64,000 bases of DNA from a bacterium (GTDB lineage: Bacteria; Zhuqueibacterota; Zhuqueibacteria; Residuimicrobiales; Krinioviventaceae). The translations under genes were made by a program, and so were the position numbers. The number at the start of each line of letters is the position of its first letter. The stretch's first letter is position 1. Shown one piece after another: positions 10,459 through 21,325 of the stretch. The notes under the pieces were generated by a model. The model worked only from the letters and a program-made list of their open reading frames with translations. It was not told the origin of the DNA and did no database searches. The stretch lies in contig CAXXMD010000003.1 in assembly GCA_963675755.2 (NCBI GenBank), forward strand, positions 1,120,001 to 1,184,000, written 5' to 3'.

Positions 10459-11808
10459 ATGGACAGACGATCTTTTATAAAATCGGCTGTCGCTGTATCG
10501 TCATTCATGATTGTACCCCGGCACGTATTGGGCGGGCCGGGGCACACTTCTCCCAGCGACAAGCTCAACATTGCAGCAATTGGAGCAGGCGGCAGAGGTA
10601 ATGCAGTTTTAAAAACCATGGAAACCGAAAACATTGTAGCGCTTTGTGATGTGGACTGGAAACAGGCCGCAGAAAGGTTTGAAAAGCACCCCAAGGCAAA
10701 ACGCTACAAAGATTTTCGAGTCATGCTTGACAAGCAAAAAGATATCGATGCCGTTCTTATCGCCACTCCTGACCATACCCATGCCGTAGCCACAATGGCT
10801 GCTATCAAAGCCGGCAAACATGTTTATACAGAAAAACCTCTCACATATACAATTTATGAAGCTCGTGAACTTGCCAAAGCCGCTCGTGAAGCCGGTGTAG
10901 CCACTCAAATGGGCACCCAGGGCCATGCCATGGAAGAAGCCCGGTTACTCTGCGAATGGGTACAGGACGGATCTATTGGTGAAATTCGCGAAATACATGC
11001 ATGGACTCCGCATCCGGTATGGCCGCAGGGTCAAAAACGTCCTGTCGACACGCCACTGGTTCCTGATTATCTGGATTGGGATTTGTGGATCGGGCCTGCA
11101 CCTTTTCGCCCCTATCACCCCGCTTATCATCCCATGATGTGGCGTGGTTGGTGGGATTTTGGTACCGGCGGTTTGGGAGATATGGGCTGCCATATCTTTG
11201 ATCCTATCAAATGGGCACTGAAAATTGATCAACCCACAAGCGTTGAAGCCAGCCACTCTTACGAGATTGATTTGGGTAACTCGCTAAACTGGGACAAAGA
11301 GAAAAATACCGAAAGCTATCCACATGGCAGCATTGTAAGATTCAATTTCCCGGCACGGGGAGATATGCCTCCGGTAAAACTGACCTGGTATGATGGCGGT
11401 TTGATGCCGGAAACCCCGGAAGAATTGGAACCCGGAAGAAAAATGGGTGACCAGTTTGGCGGCGTGCTATATGTTGGCAGTAAAGGCAAAATCCTTACCG
11501 GCTCTCACGGTGCACGAGGCATTCGTATCATTCCTGAAACCAAAATGCAGGAATATGAACGACCGGAAAAATCCATACCCCGCTCGCCTGGCCATAGTGA
11601 GGAATGGATTAATGCCTGCAAGGGCGGTCCTCCCGCATTGGTTAATTTCGACTATGCCGCACCTCTAACCCAGATGGTTCTTTTGGGTAACATTGCGCTT
11701 CGTACCGGCAAAAAGATATATTGGGATTATGATGCCATGCGAATCACCAACGATGAAGACGCAAACCAGTTCCTGCACAGAGAATATCGCAAAGGTTGGT
11801 CACTGTAA
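10459..11808 (+). CDS. Tat-exported Gfo/Idh/MocA NAD(P)-dependent oxidoreductase
   Basis: DRRSFIK Tat motif; IGAGGRG; ATPDHTH; EKP; DMGCH. Confidence 0.9.
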   Translation: MDRRSFIKSAVAVSSFMIVPRHVLGGPGHTSPSDKLNIAAIGAGGRGNAVLKTMETENIVALCDVDWKQAAERFEKHPKAKRYKDFRVMLDKQKDIDAVLIATPDHTHAVATMAAIKAGKHVYTEKPLTYTIYEARELAKAAREAGVATQMGTQGHAMEEARLLCEWVQDGSIGEIREIHAWTPHPVWPQGQKRPVDTPLVPDYLDWDLWIGPAPFRPYHPAYHPMMWRGWWDFGTGGLGDMGCHIFDPIKWALKIDQPTSVEASHSYEIDLGNSLNWDKEKNTESYPHGSIVRFNFPARGDMPPVKLTWYDGGLMPETPEELEPGRKMGDQFGGVLYVGSKGKILTGSHGARGIRIIPETKMQEYERPEKSIPRSPGHSEEWINACKGGPPALVNFDYAAPLTQMVLLGNIALRTGKKIYWDYDAMRITNDEDANQFLHREYRKGWSL

Positions 11809-11810
11809 AT

Positions 11811-11842
11811 AAAAAGGCCGCTTAATCAAGCGGCTTTTTTTT
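11811..11842 (+). terminator. Intrinsic terminator
   Basis: aaaaaggccgctt-aatc-aagcggc-tttttttt. Confidence 0.85.
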
Positions 11843-11939
11843 ATCTGTCGTAATTTCCACACCCATCTTCCCTTTTTTTAAAATCAGGTTTGCGCATCCC
11901 GGGAATTATCCTAAATTTGGAAAACAAAAAAGGATAAAT

Positions 11940-13163
11940 ATGCATACACGAATTTTAATCATTTTGAACATATTATTTTCAATTTCCGTTTCTTCAGCCG
12001 AAATCCTTTCACAATGGCGGGGTCCTGATCGAGACGGGAAATATACGGACACAGGTCTTTTAAAATCATGGCCGGATAACGGGCCTGAAATGTTGTGGAG
12101 TTTTGAAGGCCTGGGCGCGGGGCATGGCTCGGTCGCAATTGCACATGAACGCATTTATGTTACGGGAATGCAGGATTCCAGCGGATATCTGTATTGCTTT
12201 GACATGAATGGAAAGCTGTTATGGGAAAAATTGTACGGCCCTGAATGGACTAAAAGTTATCCCGGTGCCCGCACTTCACCTACCATAGTTGATGATTTAT
12301 TGTATCTTGAAAGCGGACAAGGTGTGGTTTTCTGCTTTAACGCAATAACCGGCAATCTGGTATGGTCTGTAGATTTGTTGAAAACCTTTAACGCTGAAAA
12401 TATACGCTGGGGCATGACCGAATCCCTGCTTATTGACGGTGACCGGGTTATATGTACTCCCGGCGGCCCAAAACACAATGTGGCCGCTCTTGACCGGTTC
12501 ACAGGCAAAACCATCTGGACGAGTCCGGGGAATGGAGACCCCGCAGCTTATTGCTCACCCATTCTTGTGGAATACCAGGGCACACGTCTTATCGTTACCA
12601 TGACATCCGAATCAATTATTGGTTTAGATGCAGAAACTGGTAAATTTTACTGGGCAGTACCTCAACACCAGACCAATAAAATACACGCAAACACTCCGGT
12701 TTATGATAACGGAAAAATCGTATGTGCCAGTGCAACTTCCAAAGATGATCTGGATGGTATCGTTCAACTTGAACTGTTAAACAAGGGAGAAACTGTAAAA
12801 GTAGTATGGCGAAACACAGACTTTCCCAATCTTATGGGTGGTGTAATCCTTCATGATGGATACCTGTATGGCGCTGAATATAGAAAATCGAAATGGTATT
12901 GTTTCAACGGGGATACGGGTAATATTCAATATATTGATGAATCTTTTGGTGGAGGTGTGATCACCTGGGCTGACGGACTGTTTTATTGCTATGCTGAAAA
13001 AGGAAATATAGGGCTTGTTAAAGCATCACCTGAATCCTTCACAGTGATTAGCCAATTTCCTGTCACCCTGGGAACAGATCAGCATTGGGCGCACCCTGTC
13101 ATTCATAATGGCAGGTTATATATCAGACACGGCAATGCCCTTTTAGTATACAGGATTAAATAA
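11940..13163 (+). CDS. PQQ-like beta-propeller repeat protein
   Basis: Signal peptide; QWRGP.RDG; repeated D..TG...W; WAHPVI..GRLYIR. Confidence 0.85.
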   Translation: MHTRILIILNILFSISVSSAEILSQWRGPDRDGKYTDTGLLKSWPDNGPEMLWSFEGLGAGHGSVAIAHERIYVTGMQDSSGYLYCFDMNGKLLWEKLYGPEWTKSYPGARTSPTIVDDLLYLESGQGVVFCFNAITGNLVWSVDLLKTFNAENIRWGMTESLLIDGDRVICTPGGPKHNVAALDRFTGKTIWTSPGNGDPAAYCSPILVEYQGTRLIVTMTSESIIGLDAETGKFYWAVPQHQTNKIHANTPVYDNGKIVCASATSKDDLDGIVQLELLNKGETVKVVWRNTDFPNLMGGVILHDGYLYGAEYRKSKWYCFNGDTGNIQYIDESFGGGVITWADGLFYCYAEKGNIGLVKASPESFTVISQFPVTLGTDQHWAHPVIHNGRLYIRHGNALLVYRIK

Positions 13164-16100
13164 CTATTTATTGTCAAATTGAGGTGAAAATTCAACAAGA
13201 AATTCTGCACCCGCATTATGATTTATAGTCAAAGTTCCATCAAGTTGCCGGGTAAGCGCATTAACAAGTTCATGCCCCAAAGATCCTTTAAATTTTGATT
13301 TAAAATTATCCGGCAATCCTTTACCGTCATCTGCTACCCTTAACAACATGTTTCCATTCTTTTTCAACTTGACCTCTACCCAAACATTTCCATTTTCCTT
13401 ATCGGTAAAAGCATGTTTAAATACATTGGTAAGCAATTCATTTACAATCAATCCACAGGGAATTGCCAATTCTATATTCAACAGGGATTCATGAATGGAA
13501 ATATGATATTGTATTTTTTTATTCGTTTCAAAAGAAGAAATTAACTGATCAAGCAGAAAATCAATATACTCTTTAAAATCAATCTGCGAAAAATCATCCG
13601 ATTGATATAATTTTTCATGAACAAGAGCCATAGAATAAATACGTTGTCTGCTTTCCATGAATGCTTTTTGCACATTGGGATCATGCTGCAGCTTTTTAGC
13701 CTGCATATTCAGCAAACTGATTATAATCTGCATATTGTTTTTGACACGATGATGGATCTCTTTGAGCAATATTTCTTTTTCATCAAGAGATCTCTTTAAC
13801 AACTCTTCGTTCAACTTGCGAGTGGTTATATCTTCAATCATTGCCAGATATAAAAAGGGCTCATTATTTTCACCACGAATACGGCTGAAATACAAATTTC
13901 CCCATTTTAATTCACCATTTTTATGGATGTACCGTTTTTCAAATTGATACGACTCTATATCTCCATTCAATACCTGGGTAAATAATTCTATATCTTTTTC
14001 GTAATCATCAGGATGTGAGCAGGATTTAAAGATATCTGAATCCATTTTATCTGATTCAAGCCCGACAAAATCCTGAAAAGCTTTGTTTGTTGTAACTTCC
14101 TGAGTAATTGTTTCCGGATCAGAGACTACAATCCCGATAGGAGCATGATCAAAAATTGCCCGAAATCTTGTTTCACTTTGTCGAATGGCAGATTCTGCTC
14201 GTTTTTGTTCTGTAATATCATACAACACACCAAAAACAGCATTTTTCTGCTTATCATATTGAGCTACTGATCGGATATCAATAATCTCATTATCCGTAGG
14301 CCTCACAATTTGAAATTCCACATCATAGGGTTTATTATATTTAATTAAATCAGACATTGCTTTATCAAGCATTTCCCGATATTCCGGCAAAGGAAATTTT
14401 TGAACCGCGGAAATAGTCATCGTATCTTTTATAGCATCCAATCCATAAACAATATAAGCACCATTTGAAGCAATGACTTGATTACTATCAAGATGAAACT
14501 CCCAATGCCCAATCCTTGCGATTTCTTCTGCACGCTCTAATCTTTTTTGGTTTTTTTCAATCTTTAATTCATACTCTCGTTGTTTTGTTAAATCCCTGCA
14601 GGTGGTTAACCGGACCTTTTTACCCTTGTATTGAAATTCCCTGCCATGTACCAATATTGGAAACCGGGTACCATCTTTTCTTAAAGCAATCGTTTCATAT
14701 GGTTCTTCCACATTGCTGATCATAAATCCTTCAACTTTATCCCGAAATTCAGGCGCAACAACATTGGGAGAATATAATCCAATAAATTCATCATAAGAAT
14801 ATCCAAACATACGGGTTGCCGCTTCATTTGCATCCGTACAGATTCCATTTTCAGAAAGAAAAATAGCTTCATGCGTAGCATTAGCCAACACCTGGTAACG
14901 CTCTTCACTCTCTTTTAAAATTTCTTCCGCTTTTTGCTGTTGAGTAATATCTCTCGCAATTGCAAGTGTATAATAGTCACCATCATATTCAATAAAGCCA
15001 ACATTTATTTCAACCGGTATTTCAGTGCCATCTTTTTTAATTTGAAAACTATTAAAAATAGAGGATTCTCCAAAAGGCACTCCTTTCCAAAGCTTTTCAA
15101 GGATTTCAGAATCTGGTATATTTTTATCAATATCCATAACTGTTTTATTCAAAAGCTCTTCACGTGTATACCCCAGGCTTTTGCAAGCCTGTTTGTTTAC
15201 ATCTATCATTCGCCCCTGAGAATTAGTTACAAAAATAGCGTCTGATGCGTGCTCAAAAAGAGTGCGAAATCGCTTGTTACTTTCTATCAAAGCGATTTCA
15301 GCCAACTTTAACTTGGTTATATCATAAGATAAAATTTGAATTTCTGGTAAATGTCCCTCTTGTATAATGGGTTGATAAATGGATAAAAACCACATGTCTC
15401 CTGTTGGTGTTTCAATTTTCTTTTCAAATGATTTGCTTTTACCACTTTTCAAAACAATATCAATTCGTTCTTTAACAGTTTCCGAATGCTCCTCATCCAC
15501 AAACTCGTAATAATATCTTCCAGTTATCTGTTCCGGAGAATCCCCCAAATGAAAAGCCAACGCTTTATTTAGAAAAAGGATCTTTCCTTGTGTATCAAGT
15601 ACTATGATTGGGGTATTATTGTTTTCAACAAGTTTTCTATATTTTTCTTCACTTGTTCTTAAAGCTTGTTCTGCCTGCTTTTGCGCACTCAGATCCCTGA
15701 TAATTCCAACAAAATTTTGAGGTGTTCCGTTTTCATCTTTGATCAAACTTGTTGATATTGCCGCAGGTATAGCAGTACCGTCTTTTTTTACAAGGGTAAA
15801 CTCTACATTTCTTATACTTCCATCGATTATTGTTTTTACAGCCGAACGCAAACCCCGAATATAGCATTGACGTTCAACCATTTCTCTTATATTTCTACCA
15901 ACAATCTCGGTTTTGTCTTCATAGCCATAAAGCGATGCAGTAACTGGGTTGCAATCCAGAATGTCCCCCTTAAGATCCGTAAAAATTATTGAATTGGGAG
16001 AAGATTCAAAGATGCGCTCTATTTGTTTTTCATTATTAGATAAAATTCGTTTAATTGTTTTTACTTCGGTTATATCCTGAAATACACCATCAAATCCGCA

Positions 16101-16523
16101 AAAGTCCCCTCTATCATCAAGGATAACTTCTGCCTGTGTTAATCCCCATCTTTCACGTTTGTCTACAGTAACAAATCGAAATTCTACTTTAAAATCACTT
16201 TTTTCTTTAATAGCAGTGTCTTTTACATTTTTAACCAGGTCTTTATCTTTAGGATGGATATGTGACAAAAACAATTCATGCGAAGGTGTTACCTCATTTC
16301 TTTTATAACCCAACAATTCAAAGTGATTATCTGACCAAAACAAATGCTCCTGAGCCAGGTACCAATAACCTACGTTTGCTAGTTTTTGGACTTTTTTAAA
16401 ACCCCTGACATAGTTCTGGTTTAATTGTTGAATCTGCTTTTCTTTTGTCTCTAGCAGTTTTTCAAGCTCTTCCACCCTTTCCAATAATTCAATACTATCA
16501 ATCCCCGATACGTCTTTGTTCAT
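13164..16523 (-). CDS. Cytoplasmic multi-PAS sensor histidine kinase, HisKA_2 type
   Basis: About 7 PAS/PAC repeats (KKDGT, RDIT); H-box EIHHRVKNNMQ; NELLTN; DDGKG. Confidence 0.9.
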   Translation of the reverse strand: MNKDVSGIDSIELLERVEELEKLLETKEKQIQQLNQNYVRGFKKVQKLANVGYWYLAQEHLFWSDNHFELLGYKRNEVTPSHELFLSHIHPKDKDLVKNVKDTAIKEKSDFKVEFRFVTVDKRERWGLTQAEVILDDRGDFCGFDGVFQDITEVKTIKRILSNNEKQIERIFESSPNSIIFTDLKGDILDCNPVTASLYGYEDKTEIVGRNIREMVERQCYIRGLRSAVKTIIDGSIRNVEFTLVKKDGTAIPAAISTSLIKDENGTPQNFVGIIRDLSAQKQAEQALRTSEEKYRKLVENNNTPIIVLDTQGKILFLNKALAFHLGDSPEQITGRYYYEFVDEEHSETVKERIDIVLKSGKSKSFEKKIETPTGDMWFLSIYQPIIQEGHLPEIQILSYDITKLKLAEIALIESNKRFRTLFEHASDAIFVTNSQGRMIDVNKQACKSLGYTREELLNKTVMDIDKNIPDSEILEKLWKGVPFGESSIFNSFQIKKDGTEIPVEINVGFIEYDGDYYTLAIARDITQQQKAEEILKESEERYQVLANATHEAIFLSENGICTDANEAATRMFGYSYDEFIGLYSPNVVAPEFRDKVEGFMISNVEEPYETIALRKDGTRFPILVHGREFQYKGKKVRLTTCRDLTKQREYELKIEKNQKRLERAEEIARIGHWEFHLDSNQVIASNGAYIVYGLDAIKDTMTISAVQKFPLPEYREMLDKAMSDLIKYNKPYDVEFQIVRPTDNEIIDIRSVAQYDKQKNAVFGVLYDITEQKRAESAIRQSETRFRAIFDHAPIGIVVSDPETITQEVTTNKAFQDFVGLESDKMDSDIFKSCSHPDDYEKDIELFTQVLNGDIESYQFEKRYIHKNGELKWGNLYFSRIRGENNEPFLYLAMIEDITTRKLNEELLKRSLDEKEILLKEIHHRVKNNMQIIISLLNMQAKKLQHDPNVQKAFMESRQRIYSMALVHEKLYQSDDFSQIDFKEYIDFLLDQLISSFETNKKIQYHISIHESLLNIELAIPCGLIVNELLTNVFKHAFTDKENGNVWVEVKLKKNGNMLLRVADDGKGLPDNFKSKFKGSLGHELVNALTRQLDGTLTINHNAGAEFLVEFSPQFDNK

Positions 16524-16620
16524 ATTCTACCCTGACACTACAATTTTACATAAAACATAGTTCTACACAATTATAATTTAGCAATAATCAGGCCTTTATG
16601 ATTTATTTTTTGTCTCTGTA

Positions 16621-16680
16621 TTGACAATGCCGCAATTTCTTCTTATAATGGAATAGCAACAGATGTATTAAATTACATCT
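16621..16680 (+). promoter_or_regulatory. Consensus sigma70 promoter with a downstream palindrome
   Basis: TTGACA 16621-16626, 17-nt spacer, TATAAT 16644-16649; agatgta-ttaaat-tacatct at 16661-16680. Confidence 0.75.
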
Positions 16681-16720
16681 CCCAATCTATATAAATCCCT
16701 AAAACAAACAGGTAAGAATC

Positions 16721-18172
16721 ATGAATGTTTATCAGGGTCTGCAATCTCCGTTAGCAATGATAATATTTTCTCTTACTCTGCTTTTGCCCATATTGATCGG
16801 ATTTTTCACTCTCAAAAAAACAAAAAACCAGTCCGATTATCTGTTGGGTGGCAGGTCTATGAATAAATTTGTAGTTGCGCTTTCTGCCGTTTCTTCGGGA
16901 AGGTCTTCATGGCTGGTTCTCGGACTTAGCGGAATGGCCTATTCTATGGGCACTGGGGCGTTATGGGCCGCTGTCGGGTACATTGTTGTTGAACTATTTC
17001 AGTTTATATATATTGGCAAGAAATTACGCGAGGACACGCAAACATTCCAATCCATTACTTTACTGGATTACCTCGAATCCCGCCATAACGACAGCAAACA
17101 CATTATCCGTATCACCGGAGCAATTATCATCGGCGTGTTTATCACGGCCTATGTTGCCGCACAACTCAATGCCGGGGCAAAAGCTTTGAGCACAGCTCTG
17201 GATTTGCAATTTATACCTGCACTTTTGGTATCGGTATTGTTAATTCTGGTCTACATGATTATGGGCGGATTTATAGCAGTTGCTTATAATGATGTGGTTC
17301 GTGCGGTAATTATGATCTTTGGACTGGTCTTTTTTCCCCTGGTTGTTTTAATAAAAACCGGAGGCTTGAATCACCTGTTTACAATGCTTGCGTCTATTGA
17401 TATTAAAACCATCGATCCCTTTTCTATCGGTGTAGGAGCGATGATCGGATTTATAGGTATTGGTTTGGGTTCTCCCGGGCAACCGCACATATTGGTCAGA
17501 TACATGTCAGTCAAAGACCCTGCCCAGTTGCGATATTCTGCCATTGTGGGCACCATCTGGAACATCCTCATGGCTTGGGGAGCGCTCTTTATCGGATTAC
17601 TGGGGCGCATGTTGTTCCCGCTTGCGCAACAACTCCCGGACTCGAATCCGGAAATGATATATCTGGTATTGTCTTCCCAATACTTTGGCCCTGTTATCTA
17701 TGGCTTGCTGATCGGAGGAATTTTTGCAGCCATTTTATCCACTGCTGACTCTCAGCTCTTAGTCGTTGCATCGACAATTGTAAGAGACATTTATGAAAAA
17801 ATATGGTTCAAGCATGTGAAACTGGATGAATCTTTCAAACTTAAAATCAGTCGAATTGTAGTGCTATTATCCGGTTTGCTCGCGGTTGTTTTGGCCTACC
17901 TGGCACAGGATCTTATCTTCTGGCTGGTTCTGTTTGCCTGGAGCGGACTGGGTGCATCTATAGGACCAGCAATCATTTTATCATTATACTGGAAGCGAAC
18001 AACCATTGCCGGTGTTACTGCCGGTATGATCACCGGCTCTGTTGTAACCATCATTTGGAAACTCTTTCTGAAAACCAGTACAGGATTATACGAACTGATT
18101 CCTGCCTTTTTTCTGGCATTTTTCATGATATGGGCTGTCAGTCTTTTAACTGCTAAAAATATTAATGAATAA
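16721..18172 (+). CDS. putP: Sodium:proline/solute symporter (SSS family)
   Basis: About 13 TM helices; LGGRS; SG.SSW; GQPHIL.RYM; AAILSTADSQL. Confidence 0.8.
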   Translation: MNVYQGLQSPLAMIIFSLTLLLPILIGFFTLKKTKNQSDYLLGGRSMNKFVVALSAVSSGRSSWLVLGLSGMAYSMGTGALWAAVGYIVVELFQFIYIGKKLREDTQTFQSITLLDYLESRHNDSKHIIRITGAIIIGVFITAYVAAQLNAGAKALSTALDLQFIPALLVSVLLILVYMIMGGFIAVAYNDVVRAVIMIFGLVFFPLVVLIKTGGLNHLFTMLASIDIKTIDPFSIGVGAMIGFIGIGLGSPGQPHILVRYMSVKDPAQLRYSAIVGTIWNILMAWGALFIGLLGRMLFPLAQQLPDSNPEMIYLVLSSQYFGPVIYGLLIGGIFAAILSTADSQLLVVASTIVRDIYEKIWFKHVKLDESFKLKISRIVVLLSGLLAVVLAYLAQDLIFWLVLFAWSGLGASIGPAIILSLYWKRTTIAGVTAGMITGSVVTIIWKLFLKTSTGLYELIPAFFLAFFMIWAVSLLTAKNINE

Positions 18173-18196
18173 TATAAACGAAAAGGATAAACGGAT

Positions 18197-19105
18197 ATGA
18201 AAAAATTTATACTCTTATTGGGATTGTCAGTAATCCTGATATTTTCATGTACATCACAAAACAAAGAAATCAACAATGTTAATGATTTGATTGCTGACAA
18301 TGCCAAACTGGCAAAGCTGGCAGACGGATTTATCTTTACCGAAGGTCCTGCACCTGATAGTCAAGGTAATGTCTATTTCACTGATCAGCCCAATGACAGA
18401 ATCCTCAAATGGTCTGTTGAGGGTGAGTTGTCTGTTTTTCATGATAATCCTGAGCGCTCTAACGGTTTGTTTTTTGACAGTAACGGGGATCTGTTGGCCT
18501 GCGCTGATATGTACAACAAACTGGTGTCTATCAATATGCAGGACAAAAGCCTACACCTGCTGGTTGACAACTATGAGGGGTATCCACTTAACGGTCCCAA
18601 TGACCTCTGGCCGGACCCCAAAGGCGGTATCTATTTTACAGATCCTTATTACAAACGCGATTACTGGGAACGCACTGAAAAAGATATGGATGTTCACGGT
18701 GTTTATTACCTGAAACCGGACCGCAAAACACTCATTCGTGTTGATGAGGAATTTGGCAATCCCAATGGCATCATTGGTACTCCGGATGGCAGCACGCTCT
18801 ATGTCTCTGATCGCACTAAAAAGGTGACCTGGGCTTATGATATTAATGAGGATGGAACGCTCTCGAACAAGACTAAATTCAACGATGAAGGTTCAGACGG
18901 CATGACAGTTGACAATATGGGAAATGTTTATTTAACAACCTCCGGTGTATCAGTATACAAAGCGGACGGTACCCATCTTGGTATTTTAGAAATACCGGAG
19001 CAACCTTCAAACGTCTGCTTTGGCGGCACGGATATGAAAACCCTGTTCGTCACTGCTCGCACGTCTTTATATGCTATCAAAATGAAAGTAAATGGATTTC
19101 ACTAG
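18197..19105 (+). CDS. SMP-30/gluconolactonase family lipoprotein
   Basis: Lipobox IFSC; FTEGP; NGPND; PNGI; SDGMTVD; SNVCFGG. Confidence 0.9.
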   Translation: MKKFILLLGLSVILIFSCTSQNKEINNVNDLIADNAKLAKLADGFIFTEGPAPDSQGNVYFTDQPNDRILKWSVEGELSVFHDNPERSNGLFFDSNGDLLACADMYNKLVSINMQDKSLHLLVDNYEGYPLNGPNDLWPDPKGGIYFTDPYYKRDYWERTEKDMDVHGVYYLKPDRKTLIRVDEEFGNPNGIIGTPDGSTLYVSDRTKKVTWAYDINEDGTLSNKTKFNDEGSDGMTVDNMGNVYLTTSGVSVYKADGTHLGILEIPEQPSNVCFGGTDMKTLFVTARTSLYAIKMKVNGFH

Positions 19106-19107
19106 AC

Positions 19108-19139
19108 AAAAAAAAAGGGAGCAAATGCTCCCTTTTTTT
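19108..19139. terminator. Bidirectional intrinsic terminator
   Basis: aaaaaaaaagggagc-aaat-gctcccttttttt between convergent genes. Confidence 0.9.
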
Positions 19140-19142
19140 ATT

Positions 19143-21296
19143 CTATTGTATCACTTTATAATATCTCGCCATCCAGTATGGCAGCAGGTATTCATCCCCT
19201 GCCAGTCTGCTGTGCTGACCACCTCCCATATCCAACGCAAAAGGATTAGCATTATGGCGGTGCATTTCCCGCTCTCCCGGGTATAACAGGATTTTTGTGG
19301 TCTGTCCTCTAAAATTCTCCGGCAAAAACTCGAGATCCTTACGATGAGAATTACGGGTGGTATATCGATCCAGGTCCACATTAAACTCATGTAAATGCCA
19401 CAATGTCGATTCCAGATCAATATCACCACTGGTACCATAGGCAACCATGTTCCACAATGCGTTGCGTTCCGGCAACTCGATCTGCCAGTGATCACGGATA
19501 ACCTCTACATACTTTTGCTTTAAATCGTTATTAAACGGATATTGATACAATACCCAGTAGGTCAAAAATGACATTTCATCATCCGAGTGGTTCCATACAT
19601 TACCCATGACATCACCCATGTGCACAAATTCCAGCGTCTTTTTCATGGTGCTCATGGGTATCATGATATTGTCCAGGTAGCCGTATTCATCCATCATTTT
19701 ATATGCTTCTGATTTATAGATCTCTTTGCCGGTCAACGCATACGCCAACTGTAAACCAGCAATCAGATGCACACTGTTCAATTTGCGGTCCGAGACATAA
19801 GGTGCATACCAGTTTACATATTCCGGGTTCCAGCGGCCCCAGCGAGTGGGTTTGCCATCATAGTCCACAAAATAATAATCATTTTCAATGATATGGGTCA
19901 TAATTGCATCTATAAAATTTGCCACACGCTGCTTTTCTTCCGGATTCTGAACGATAAACTTGTCCATAACAGAAGCAACAAACAGATAAGCAATATATTC
20001 ATCCGTACTGGTTGTACCTTTCCAGTCCCAGTCTTTTTCCTGCGAGTGTCTCCAGGCATGGTGCCATTGAATGATTCCCCTGCGCTCGAATGTTCGTGAT
20101 GGAAAACCCTTGAGCGGATTCACCGTCAACAGACGTTCAAAAGCCTCAAAGGATTCCCAGACATAACGTCTGGCATCAGCGTCACCGGTTGCTGCATATC
20201 GAAACGCCTGACTGCCTAAATAGATCGAAGTCCACAAGCCGTCATTATCATTATCTGTGGTAATAGCAGTTCTCATATCTCCCGGAACACCATAAACGAC
20301 CTCGCATACAAATCCAAAACGCAAATGATACCTGCGGATATCATCCTGTATCTTTTGAGTCTTGTCCGCCAGTGTCTGAACAAGATATTCCACCTTGTTC
20401 AAGCCTGTAGGCGTCAGGAAAAACATATTGCCCTGTTGGTCACAGGCCATATCAATGATCGCATTGTTGTCAAGCCATCGGCGTCCCGCAAAATAACGGT
20501 ATCGGTCTGGTTCCTGTAAATACGCTCCATCCGCAGATGCGAACCATAATTCAGATCCAACCAGCAGCACATCAGTAATTGCCGGAACAGGCAGCTTTGC
20601 GTCAATCTCTGAAATCTGGTTTCCATTATAACGATCAAGACGATAATACCCGGTATCCGTACCGACAACCATTTCGTTGGGTGAAAAGGTAACAGCGGTC
20701 AGTGACTCACCCTTGTGCAGAGCCGTCCACTTTTTACCATCCAGGCGATAGATGGTATTTTCTGTCAAATAATAAAAGGATTCATCATAAACATAGGCAT
20801 TGATGCATTTGCCTTGCGGCAGATCAACATCCTGCATTTTTTTAGTCTTTTCATACAACGTACCGGATTTTTCTCCAATCAAGAATATCACATCATCAGC
20901 ATTCACCAGAATACGCTGATAGGGTTTATTGATATCAGCAAGAATGGTCCCTGCATGCGCGTTGCTGAGAAATTGGTCTTGATAGAGATAAAACAAAAAA
21001 TCGGTTTTTTCCTGTATGGTAATATCTACAGGGTTCTTGTCTGATAATGGACGGTAAAACAAATCCCGGGAGATTTCATTTTCTCCATAATCCCTGTACA
21101 GTCCCTTATCGGTCAATACATAAACAATATTGTTATAATCCACAACGGTTTTGATCATTTGGGCATCTTGTAGTTCCTGAGGTATATCATATTTAACAGA
21201 TACTGCCTGTTTAAAGGGCACATCCAAAACCTGTGCACCTGAATAGCCAATACATAACATTAACAACACAAAAACATATCTCAAGTGATTCATCAA
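19143..21296 (-). CDS. Secreted protein: N-terminal beta-propeller-like region plus C-terminal helical glycosidase-like region
   Basis: Signal peptide; DNDGLWT, WKGTTSTDE, NHSDDEM and YLLPYWMARY motifs; function not assignable. Confidence 0.6.
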   Translation of the reverse strand: MMNHLRYVFVLLMLCIGYSGAQVLDVPFKQAVSVKYDIPQELQDAQMIKTVVDYNNIVYVLTDKGLYRDYGENEISRDLFYRPLSDKNPVDITIQEKTDFLFYLYQDQFLSNAHAGTILADINKPYQRILVNADDVIFLIGEKSGTLYEKTKKMQDVDLPQGKCINAYVYDESFYYLTENTIYRLDGKKWTALHKGESLTAVTFSPNEMVVGTDTGYYRLDRYNGNQISEIDAKLPVPAITDVLLVGSELWFASADGAYLQEPDRYRYFAGRRWLDNNAIIDMACDQQGNMFFLTPTGLNKVEYLVQTLADKTQKIQDDIRRYHLRFGFVCEVVYGVPGDMRTAITTDNDNDGLWTSIYLGSQAFRYAATGDADARRYVWESFEAFERLLTVNPLKGFPSRTFERRGIIQWHHAWRHSQEKDWDWKGTTSTDEYIAYLFVASVMDKFIVQNPEEKQRVANFIDAIMTHIIENDYYFVDYDGKPTRWGRWNPEYVNWYAPYVSDRKLNSVHLIAGLQLAYALTGKEIYKSEAYKMMDEYGYLDNIMIPMSTMKKTLEFVHMGDVMGNVWNHSDDEMSFLTYWVLYQYPFNNDLKQKYVEVIRDHWQIELPERNALWNMVAYGTSGDIDLESTLWHLHEFNVDLDRYTTRNSHRKDLEFLPENFRGQTTKILLYPGEREMHRHNANPFALDMGGGQHSRLAGDEYLLPYWMARYYKVIQ

Positions 21297-21325
21297 AACT
21301 CCTTTTATTATGATATTATATTTTA

